A DNA stretch of 62,642 bases, filler included, from Sphacelaria rigidula (Eukaryota): the NCBI GenBank assembly GCA_964200075.2. It is 6 parts of 6 records of this genome, joined end to end, with 100 filler letters (N's around TTAATTAATTAA, not from the genome) between each part and the next. Parts side by side here need not be neighbours in the genome. Positions count along the whole stretch, not along the records: positions 31,375 to 41,730 come from CAXNAA020006662.1; positions 41,831 to 52,186 come from CAXNAA020006663.1; 4 more parts are not named here. One strand, 5' to 3'. Below the pieces are notes generated by a model. It saw only the letters and a list, made by a program, of their open reading frames with translations, was not told the DNA's origin and did not search any database. The position numbers and the translations under genes were made by a program. Positions 34,301-44,900 of this stretch are shown one piece after another (position 1 is the stretch's first letter; every line of letters starts with the position of its first letter).

Positions 34301-34524
34301 GGTTGGGTAAAATTCATTTGGTCGATGCTGCGTCTGGTCACTCCTACTTTATCCGTTTCCTTGATGACCCGAGCCCCCTTGAGATTCGCTTGGATGATGC
34401 TTACTACACCGAGGAGCCGACCGCTCGGAAGGGATCCTGGTGCCTCCAACGACACGACCATGGCGAACTCAAAATAGCCGTTCTACGGAACACGGACACC
34501 GCTTGGGATGCAAATGACTCATGA
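31375..34524 (+). pseudogene. Ty3/Gypsy pol 3' half: RNase H end, long linker, integrase (HHCC, core), chromodomain-like and extra C-terminal domain; frameshifted
   Basis: YTDHKSL...RVQRW...NANADFLSRLP; HECHSQASTHLG...FYWW...CLLCQARK; DYFGPLP, ILLFTDRF, LLSD, SSYHPSTNDGTERAN; NWTGPWEI; EVDRISGLQLVRGRGGKIAVMYQTHWKGIMRVTWERE. Confidence 0.92.
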
Positions 34525-35161
34525 TGCATCCGAGTCTGCTTACCCAGCCACATTGCGTAGTGTACCGCGTTCGAGTCGCTTGTCTTGCACCGTAGCGTCG
34601 TTGGAAAACCATGTGTTCCCCCCCCCCTCCCGCCCTTGATTTTGTTTTTCGTACTGATTAGCCCCGTACTTGTAGAGCTTGGCGTTGTGTTTTGTATTTG
34701 GTATTTGGTCTTTTGTCCTTGTATTTTGTATTTTTTGGTGTTGTGTTCTGTTTTTCGTTGCTTTGGACCTGATTTTGTGTTTCGGTTTTCTTTGCCTTTG
34801 CGTCATTTGTTTTCATTTGTTCTTGTATTTGCTTTTTTGTTGTTGTTTTTCTTCTCTTATTTTCTTCTCTTTTTGCCTCGTGCTTTGTTTTCGATCTTTT
34901 GTGTTCAATGGGTAATTTTCTTGTCTGGGTTCATCTGGCAACGTACAAGTGACGACCGTTCCACTCCTGACCCCGAGTCTGGAACCTTGAACCTCCGTCC
35001 TCCGCGCCGTACATTCACAACCATTCCGTCTACTGGAAACGTTGCCACGAGTTATTTATTTCTCCATTTTTTTCTCATTGTACGCACATCTTGTCTTGCT
35101 TTGTTTATTGCATGTTCTTTATTTTTCATTTTTTGGTTTTGATGGAAGAGTTTCCGGAGCA

Positions 35162-35460
35162 AGCGCTAGCCATACCTGACGCCCACGTCTGGAATATTTG
35201 CGCCCTTGTCCAATCGCTCCGCACGCGAGTGCCGCCTCCGTCTTCGGAACCGGTCATGACGTGTCCTTTTTTTGTGTGTAATATGTTGTAGATGTTTTAT
35301 TTTTATTTTTATTTTGTCTTTTCGGTCGACAATTTTAGGAGCGAGCGCTAGATATACCTGACGCCCCCGTCTGGTATAATTGCGCTTTTGCCCAACCGCT
35401 CCGTACACGCATACCGCCTCCCTCTTCGGGATCGGTCGTGACTTGTCCCCTTTTTGTGTG
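35162..35460. repeat. Diverged direct repeat (about 117 bp, 2 copies, 182-bp period) in the retrotransposon 3' region
   Basis: AGCGCTAG...ATACCTGACGCCC.CGTCTGG...CCGCCTCC.TCTTCGG...TGAC.TGTCC.TTTTTGTGTG at 35162 and 35344. Confidence 0.8.
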
Positions 35461-38400
35461 CGTACTACGCTGAGTTTTGTATTAATATGGGCGATGGTAG
35501 CCGAAACCGAATGCCTGAAATGCTTTGACCTCCTTGATTGAAACGCTTGACTCTGCTTGCTTCATACACACGATAACCGCTCCCGTTTACAAGGACGGTT
35601 GCCACGTGTTGTTTTCTGCTTTATGTTGCGGATTTTCGTTTTTGCTGTTGCCCAGCGTGCCCCTGGTTATTTTGGTTTTGGTTTCTGCGTCTATGTCGGG
35701 AATTTCGCCACGAGTGTTCCACCGTTCCTGACCATTGAGTCTAGAACACTTGGCCTACTTTGTTTTTTGCGAGTCCTGTCGCATGTGACCAACCTCGTAT
35801 ATAGGAGGGTCACGGGTAATGCGACGCGATGAATTATACTGTGGTGATTTGTAAGTTACAACGAGGCGACCACTGGCCGCGTCATACATAGCGGTGTTGA
35901 AGAATTGCTATCGAAGTCGCGGTATGATCGGTTGCAAACGTCTCCTCGTACAGGACCACTTCGTATCATGATGAGGTAGATTGCTCTTTCGGAACTGTCC
36001 GTTCCGCCATGTCGATATTCGACCATTGGTACAGCCTTCAGGCTCAGAGCCCGCCACTCGCTATTTTTTTCTGTCACTTTTACCATTTTTTTGGGTACAA
36101 TTACCCGCCCCTGAAATCGGTCGGTGGTATTTTGTTTTTATCAGGGAACATAGGACGAAGTAACGTGACGGTACGAACGGCTGTGGCTTTTACTCCAGTT
36201 TGTGTTCGGGCCAGTCTCGTTTTAGTCCGAATGGGCAAATACTATGAGGAGCGGGCTGGGTTGGTCCTCTTTGCCCTGTGTATTTGTCGTGGTTCAGGAA
36301 TGTGCTGGGCGATCCGTCTCGGAACTACGTAGTAGGACCGAAGGTTGTGTATCGTTCACTGCGTTTCTTTTGACGTGTACGGACACCTGACCTCACAAAC
36401 CGGTCGGTTGTTTTCGTCTCGTCGTGTGAGAAAAAGATATATATGCTGTACGACTGGATCATTAACCAGACGTCCCAAGCAAGTCGTTGCTCTCACGAAC
36501 ATGTACCGACAATTAACTCACGTCAAACGGGTTGAATTGTCCTTATCATTCTATTTGTTTCTTCTTCATCAACGTATGGTTTTCGCGGGAAACTGCCGTT
36601 CCCGCGACGAAGTCGGCTGTACGTTGCTGGCTTTTGCTGATTTACTGGGACGAGTGATTAGCATCAACTTGGTTATCGGAGTAATATAATGCCTTGGTGG
36701 GCTTGCTTGTTTTTCTACTAATGACCTAAAACATATCTGACATCCGGAAAATAGTGAACTATGTATTCAAGATATAGTTATGGCAGAGTAAAACGATCGT
36801 CTCAATGATAAGTCTCTGATTTCCTATGGCTATCCCGCAAATGCTCACGGCATCCTGAAGACACTGCATTTTGTGGTACATAGTTTTGATTGTTGATTTT
36901 GGATTTTTTTTGGATTTCCCATGACTCCGTCTGAAGAGCTCACGGAACATGAGGACACTAAGTGTTGTATGGGTTCGATTCTTTTTCTCTTTCCTTTGTT
37001 CTTGCGTTTGTATTTCGTGGATTTTTTTGTGTTGGTCGTCCCTTCCCGTTCCTCGTATCAAAGAGGATTCGATCTTCAAATGGTGTCTCAGTTTTCTGTG
37101 GTGTGGGAGAGGTGTGGCTCGATGCAAGTTCGTCCCTTCTGAACAGTGACTGCACTTGAACGATCCAGGGCGGGCTAATGTGATGGTAAATGACTGAGAG
37201 ACTGAATTAAACCGGTTCTTTGGGATTCGCAGATGGTCCCCCAAAACGACCGGCGGGTATGAACAGATTCTAGTCGAATGTGTGCTTACGTAACGTAGAA
37301 ACTGGACTAATACAGCCCAGTCGGCGTTATTGCGCCTGCAGGCTGTAGTCGGATTGATTGTATCGGATTAGCCATATGGGGCACGTGCCTGCCAAATTAG
37401 GTAGATAAAAGGGCACGCGCCACAACGAGTTGGTGTTATGGCCATTGTATGTGTGGCGAGGAGGTTTTGAGGGTAAGCGCGAGCAGCGCCCAACATCGCC
37501 CACGAGTTCACTTGCGATCCACCCGCCAGAGAAAGGCTTACCGTACAAACTAATCACAAGAAGGACTACCAGTTTTCATCTGCTCTACGCGACTTCTCAT
37601 TCTCAGGCCGGCACGCCGTGGCAAGCTAACGAGAGAGAGTCTCGTGTAACATAACCCTTTACTCATATTTGTCTAACAATTGCCCGCAAGAGTTTGGGAT
37701 CTGGTTTGCAGCTCAGAGCAGCTGGCGTGTACGTTGGGAGAGAATCCTCAGCTTTGATAAAACAAGTTGATCACAGGACGGGCTTGCCACAATCTCCTCC
37801 TCCTTGGGGTGTGGCTTGCTCTGCTAACGAATACCGTAGTAGAAAAATGAAACTCTCACCGACGGTACCACCGGATGATGAAAGATCGAAGTGGGTGTTT
37901 TCCGTCGTGCTTCACAGTGACTCGTACTGGCTGGACCTCGATTCACCGTCGGTCCTCTTTGTGTTTGTCGCTGCTGTATACACCCATTTCTTCCGTGTCG
38001 TCTTCTACGTATACTTCCCGTCTCCCTTGAATTGTGCGATCACGTTTCATGGACGTTCAGAGTCATGCGAACGGGGGTTGCCCATTATGACCCAGACGTT
38101 CGTCATCGAGAGACTCTCAAAGTTAGGGCCGATACAATGATAAAGGCAAGACATCTTAGGTGCATGTTCTTGCGAACCGTGGTGTGCTCACACATTTTTT
38201 CGAGTTGGTTTTTCTATGTCTACATGCAGATACACGTACATGGCAGTGGATGCAGATGATGAGGATATGGCTACTGACTACTGCCTGCACTACGGTACAC
38301 GTGAAGGCGTGCCTCACTTTGGTTGCGAAGATCCGTAACGGGCAGTGGATTCAAAAGACGCTGGCTCCCGAATTATTAAAAAACGACGCGGCTTCGGTCA

Positions 38401-38729
38401 TCATAAAAGTGCGGGGGGATTTTTATTTCCCCCAATGCCGCCGGTGTGGATATAGGTTTTGCGTGAAATATCAACTCGGTGAGGCTTATTTGCTACTCTG
38501 ACGTCTGCGAAATAATCAACACGACTATTATACTTGGCTATATAATCGAATAAATGATCAATCATGATCGATCGATCAAGATTTGGGCAAATAGTTATCA
38601 AACAACTGAATCAACCCGATAGAGTTTGAGGCTACGGTTTGTACAATCCTCCTATGATTAGGACGGGCAAAACACGCAATCAATCATGGTTATACGTTAG
38701 ATGTGTCAAGTTGGTCACGCTACCATGAG

Positions 38730-38815
38730 GAGGTGACACGTTGGCTCAGTGGTCACGCTGAACGGAAGGTCAGGCTGTGTGATTGGCGGCGTGGTTCAAA
38801 TCCGAGCGCACAATT
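38730..38815 (+). mobile_element. tRNA-like Pol III head (probable third SINE family)
   Basis: A box TGGCTCAGTGG (38742-38752), B box GGTTCAAATCC (38793-38803); no convincing acceptor stem. Confidence 0.5.
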
Positions 38816-39089
38816 GGCCTGGCGTCTCTCATATCTTTTGTTCCCTTTTTTTCTGCTTCTTGTTGCCTTTTTTACCCACCCGCCTCCTTCACGAGCTGGG
38901 CCAGCCTGAAAACGCGGTATTACAAGCCTTCACACTTACAGCCGTGTCTCCCCGACACAGACGAATTGGGCCTTGACCCGCATATCTTCTGAATCGTCTG
39001 ACCAAGGGGAAGGTGCCCATCTGCTCAATAGCCTGGGCCAGTATTTTCTCATTGATCGACTAAGCGCCACATGTACGTATATATGTATA

Positions 39090-39632
39090 CTTCCTCCGTC
39101 CCATAAGTACAGTCACCTAAATTTGTACAGGCCCTTGCCGATGTCCGATCGTTTCTTTTTTTTTTCGAAATAAACTCTACGGTGTTTTTCGGGTTAGGAA
39201 AATGTGTTGAAAATTTGCAGCTCGTGCTTGAACCATGCCGCCGAACGACTGCAAAAGAAGTAGTCGGCCCCAAAATGGCCGATTTTTGCCCCGTTCCGAG
39301 GGGGAAAAAGTGTCGATTTGTTTTTTTATTTGTTTTTTTATCGTCCCCGCCTTCACTGGGGTTTGCTGCCAGGAAGTTCCACACGATTAAAAACAGGTCA
39401 AGTAAAAACAATTCGGCACTTTTTTTTCCCTCGGGAAGGGGCAAAACTCTACCATTTCTGGGCCGACTCCTTTTTTGCAGGCGTTCGGCGACTTGGTTCA
39501 AGCACGAGCTGCAAGTTTTACACACATTTTCTTGACCCAAAAAACACCGTACAGTTCAATGAAAAAAACAAAAGAGGACATCGTTGAGGGCCTGTACGAA
39601 TTTAGGTACCTTGGCTTATGGGACAGAGCAAG
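39090..39632. mobile_element. Stowaway-like (Tc1/mariner) MITE, 543 bp, TIRs of about 235 bp, TA target-site duplication
   Basis: TA|CTTCCTCCGTCCCATAAG ... CTTATGGGACAGAGCAAG|TA; arms pair inward (TGCAGCTCGTGCTTGAACCA / TGGTTCAAGCACGAGCTGCA). Confidence 0.88.
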
Positions 39633-41345
39633 TATGTTATGTGCCTTCGACAGAGTGATTCTACGGCAGGGGGTGCACTTACTTTTTGATCGAAAAAACA
39701 TCTGAGGCTGCACACTATCTATATTGGGTCCCACATATTTGCCATCCATCGAGAGGCTCCTAAAGTGCGGAGTCTCACAAATGAATTGTGCGCAACCCTA
39801 CCGTAAAACCAGTCGACACGTGTGTCACATAGAGTGGCACTACTACTGTACATAGAGCTCTAGAGCTAGTGTCCACCAGAAGACTCATCGTTCCCTTACT
39901 CATTTCCTGTTCGGAGGTTACAAACCGACGTTATTGCTAGATATTCCAAGAAAACTAAGCATCCCTTATTCCTTTGTCATTATTTTTACTTTTCGCACCT
40001 CTCATCATTATTTCAAGTGATTAAGTTGCATATTTTTCTCGAGAAACGAGAAAAATGCGTTTCTCTCTGTTGTTGGAGAGTCATGCTTACGATAGGAGGG
40101 ATGTATTTTGGGACGATTTCTTCCGCGCAATTCCAAGACAAATCGTCGTTGATAGCATCAACGGTTGTTCGCCTTGCTTGTGGTATATGACGCTCATTCA
40201 TACTTCTTGACAACGCTTCATGGGTGGCCCCTGGGGTGCCTGCCACCTCAAATTCGGACGTTACAGAACGTCCAAATTGGAGGCTGCAGGCACCCCAGTG
40301 GCCACCCGTATTTTACCCAAATGCGAGCGCACCGCGAGTGCCTGTACGTTAGGTAGTCTGAAGCAGTATCTATGAGCCCATTTTTTCGTGGAATCAAACA
40401 CCCCCCCCTCCCCTGTCGTAGCATAACTCTGGAATGGAAATCAACCCTCGCATTCCCTGAAATTAGTAAGCCCGGGTATTTCTGCTCATCATTTCCTCTA
40501 CGTCTTCATTCACGCGTGTCTTCCTTGAGCCTGCCCGATAGGGTGCGCGTCGGTTTGATGACATTATCTAATTTTTCATCATTGGGGCTTTTTTTGCTAT
40601 ATATATATATATATATATATATATTTCCTCGCACCCTTCCCCTTCCTCGGAATCAGCCCGTGGTCTCAAGGGATCAATCGATTCATACTTCCCCCCCCTC
40701 ACCTCTAGACGAGCCTGGTCCGGCGAAAACCCGGCGTGCTCCATCCCGGCTTTGTAGGGATGCGAGGTCAATGGTCTGATGACTATGGCATGCATGATCA
40801 TCATGAGTACACGCCCCCCCCCGCCCTCTCCCCCACTTCTCTCGCCTCCCCCCCCAGAGGGTTGGACATACCGCACACTGTGCGAAAACACCATTTATTT
40901 TCGGGCTAAAAGCGTCCCTTTCTTCACCCCAAAATCGAGGCAAGAATTCATCTAGAATGTGATTTCGCACTGCCCTTTGGGGGAACGGAAGGCTGGAGAA
41001 CCCACAAAGTAGTTTCTGGGAGATTTGTGGGGATGAGGTCGTCCACATGAAGGATGGAAGTCACTCGTCATTACAGTACTTGAGTTCAGGGGCAGAGCTA
41101 GTAGTGTTGTTTTTGGTGTTGGATCTCATTTTTTTATGCCCGACCCCATTTCTCAGGATCCTCTGGTTACTACAGTACACTTCTTGTTCGACACGCTTCC
41201 CACATACAGTATATATATATATATATATGTATGACATACATATATATCTGCTGCTCTTGGTTGCTGGCTGTTTGGCTCACTATTCATTGAACACTCTTGG
41301 TTGGCGACGATCCCCAACCGAAAAAATCTCCTGCGACAACGGTTG

Positions 41346-41431
41346 ATATGTGGGCACATCAGCCGGGGTCGCACAGGAGGAAAGGCAACACGGGAGTTTC
41401 TTGTTTGATTGTTTTCGTTCTCCACCTTCCT
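41346..41431 (-). mobile_element. SINE family A 3' fragment abutting the head of the next copy
   Basis: Reverse-complement match to 41641-41730. Confidence 0.75.
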
Positions 41432-41433
41432 CG

Positions 41434-41730
41434 ACCGGTCGCCCCGGTGGCTCAGTTGGTAACCTCGAAACTCCCTGACGGTTGGGTCGTGGATATCGAA
41501 TCTCGGAGCGATCTGGGGGGTTTTGTCATGCCCAACAGTGGAGAGCGACCATGTCGTGGGTACACAGAATTCGACTTCACGGTCGACGAGGGAAAGGGAC
41601 TGAAACCCTCTCGTGATGAAAATAAAGGGCAAGCACCGCAGAAGGAAGGTGGAGTACTAAAACAAGTCAAGATGAAAAAACTCCTGTGTTGACCTTCCTC
41701 CTGTGTGACCCCGGCTGATGCGCCCACATA
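41434..41730 (+). mobile_element. tRNA-derived SINE family A, cut by the contig end
   Basis: A box TGGCTCAGTTGG, degenerate B box GATATCGAATCT; colinear with 14945-15253. Confidence 0.85.
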
Positions 41731-41830
41731 NNNNNNNNNNNNNNNNNNNNNNNNNNNNNNNNNNNNNNNNNNNNTTAATTAATTAANNNNNNNNNNNNNN
41801 NNNNNNNNNNNNNNNNNNNNNNNNNNNNNN
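41731..41830. other. Artificial contig linker 4
   Basis: 44 N + TTAATTAATTAA + 44 N. Confidence 0.99.
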
Positions 41831-41941
41831 CAATATCATCCAAAAAAAAAAGGCCCCAAATCCCCCTCACCACCCCCTCTCCCATCCCCGCTGTTCTACC
41901 GTAGCATGACCCTCTCCACTATCGATTCGGCGCAAGCGCAG

Positions 41942-44900
41942 ATTCGAACGACCCATGGCGTTAGTTATTCCTCCGATGCACCGCGACGTTCGGCAGGAAT
42001 TGTACGACACTTACGTGGCAGAGGCGACTCGTGTCGGAGCGGCAGCCGTTAGCATGGCCTATTTTTATTTCACGCTGCGGGAACACCGCCCACACTGCAA
42101 GATGCGCTCCGGATGCTCGTTTATGAAGTGTCACAGCTGCACGCTTTTTCACGACACCCTGAATGGGACAGCAGGTGTAAGGGTAGCGGCAGACCCCGAC
42201 ACGATGAAGAAGGCCGCAGCGGGGCAAGCTGAGCATATGAAGGTGAGAACATCGTGAGCTCATTCTGTATGTAGCGTTCCCACGACGAAAAAATGCCGCG
42301 AGTAGGCTACGACAGCCCAACCCCCAGAAGTCATGAGGAGACTCTAGCCTCGTACTCTTGTTGAATAACTTGGTGTTGGTTCAACTGCGAGAAGGACGTA
42401 CATCGATGCACTCAACGACGACTAAATTGCGCACTTTTCTGCACCGGGCTAGGCCTCTGGTACGCCGAGGTAGATTTTTCACTTCTTAACTGTCAACAAT
42501 ATGTCACCATCACCTCCTATTCATGTATTTTCAGCATGCATCTTCGCCACCCTCGGCTTGTTCAGGACTCAAGGCCTTTCGTCATCGTACAGTTGAGCTA
42601 GTAGGGCGTGGATTTAGACGCCTCGGTCGTTGTGTCCCTCTCCTCGCTCAGCACCATTTCATCCTCCTCTGAAGGCACACTATCCCGCGAGTAGAGTTCC
42701 TCATTCGAGCCGCTGGCGGCAGACAGGTTTTCACGGGCCTAAGCACGCGTATTTGTTGAGGTGTCGTGATCGGGAAGTGAGCTTAACCAATCCCGCAGAG
42801 CCTAGTGCACTACCAGCCGCCCCTGGAAAAGCCGCACGTCGACATCCCGCCGCTCCTTCTGGTGTTGACGGCAGACCGACAGCGATTGGCCACCCCACCA
42901 TCAGCTCCGGTGCCATTAGAGCAAAGGCGAACATGAAACCACTCAAGTACGTGTCCATGCAAGTAGACGCAGTAGCTCAAACGGCATTCGCGTCACCGAT
43001 GTGCTCGCCGTTGACACACGGCACAGACAGGTGAGAGAGCGGTTATCGCGACAGCACGGGTAACGAAGCATGATTCCCCCCCCCCCCTTTGTATTTCAGT
43101 CTGATGCGATTATGTTTCCCTGCATATTTCCAGGTCGTATACGTGTGTTCTACACCATTCTGTCATTGTCTGCGCCCCCCCTCGCTTCAAATTTTCCCTC
43201 GCTTTTCTTCGGCCCCTATAATTGGATGATTCCTTATACATTCATTCTCTGCCCCTCATCTCGGAAAACACAAGGGCACCACACAATATTTTGCGTTTTC
43301 CACACCCGCATATACTTTTCGGCGGTGCGGTTGACATATACATGTAGTGTTTCGGGCTTGCACTTACACCGCGGGCCACAACACGATACATCCACAGGAA
43401 CGTACATATCTTGAGTATCAGCCACCCCATACCGTTGGATGCGTTTCTCCTTCGCTCAGTAAGGAAACGGTTCCTCCCCACAATGTGATAAGTGATGCCG
43501 CGATAGGGATGCACAAACACGGTATCAGATTAGATTTTTTCAGGAGCTCTTTATGTCGTCCTCAACACGGGTTTTAAAATAGATGTGCTATGAATGTCCC
43601 AAATGAATTTGCAAACGGGGGTGCCCAGAACCATAGTCTTGAGCATCTAGTATCTTCAGGAGGCCGTGAACCAGACGGGATTCGGCCCCGAAAGTGCTAT
43701 CTCTATCGGAACACCAATCTGATCAAGCAGTCCAAACTGCAAGAACCAGGTAGCGACAGCTCGTCCTAGTTGGATGACCGAGGACATCACTAGTTATAGC
43801 AAACACGCGTCCCTCACCGTCGATACCTCGGAAACAAAATCACGTATACGCTCTCATGTCTACCGCTACTCATGGTGGTACCTCCCCCCCCTCATTAGCA
43901 CCGCACATCCCCGCTTCTGATACGGCTGTGATCGTCCTTGGCTGCCACGTTGAAAGCGACACACGGAGTTGTTAGAGCTCGAACCTGACAGTACATGTGT
44001 GTAAATGTATCGTCAAGTGTGCGTGTGCGTGCAGACTACAATAACGGTTGTATGTATGCTTCTACGGCGCGGCCGATAGGGCTTGAGTCGACATGTCTAT
44101 TCATTTGTTTTATCTATCCCTTTGTTTATGTCTTTTCCGTGCTCAACGTGCGCCCTCTCATTCTTTTCTGCGCCCTCCTCCCTTTCCTGCCAGAATTCGG
44201 CCTATCCTGTCCGGAATATGCTGCGTTTTGGTGCAAATATCCTGTACAAAGTGTTATGAATGTTCCAATGTGTTTTCTTCACGACCGTTTTGCTACACAG
44301 ACGATATTCGGAGATTTGTCTCTTCCGAGACCGCAGGAGGTGTCAAGGCATATATAGAGTTACTTATCGTCCTTCGAGGGTTTCTATCATGAACCGGGAC
44401 AACATAACAAGTACGTGAGTAACTGATGCCCTGAATATCCATTCATGTTGCTTCAGTGGTGCATATTACTTCTGCTCGTGGTTGTTGGCGATCGCCACGT
44501 CTGGCAGGGGATACGCGGAGCGCCAAACAGTTATGGCAGTACTTGTGGAAGGGCAGTTCGTGGAATGCTCCCTGTCTCCACTCACAATCGGAAGAGGTGA
44601 GTCCCTGCTCTCCCACGCGATGTGCACGCACACACAGGATTCGTGAGCCAGACACCGCCCGCGATGACTTGCGCACCGCGGGGGACCTAATCCACTCGGC
44701 TATCTTGCTTTCTTATCCCAGCAATCTGCTCGGGAGGCCTTTTCGTATCCCGACCGAGAGCAAGAGATGAGTTGATACGGCATTCCTCGTAGCCAGCAAC
44801 CCCCGAGAATACTGACATTCGCGCCCTGACGCCGTCGTTGCTCGCCGCTGTGCAGGGAGCAATCTTGTTTGCACTTCAACCCACCTGGCGCTTACCCGAT

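Larger units (their letters stand above)
31375..37651 (+). mobile_element. Ty3/Gypsy retrotransposon, 3' portion with long T-rich 3' region and candidate 3' LTR at about 37258-37651
   Basis: pol remnant as above; G-rich CCGGCGGG at 37250-37257 precedes a segment with GATAAAAG that ends GTAACA at 37651. No partner LTR in the contig, so the LTR call is tentative. Confidence 0.6.

Noticed and set aside
34585..35142. env-like or membrane-protein ORF after Gypsy pol
   Set aside because: The Phe/Leu/Val/Cys richness comes from T-rich low-complexity DNA; overlapping frames look equally hydrophobic.
40720..40790. Hammerhead ribozyme (GAAA...CTGATGA) in repeat family C
   Set aside because: Stem II cannot close between the bases after CTGATGA and before GAAA, and CTGATGA is not kept in other copies.
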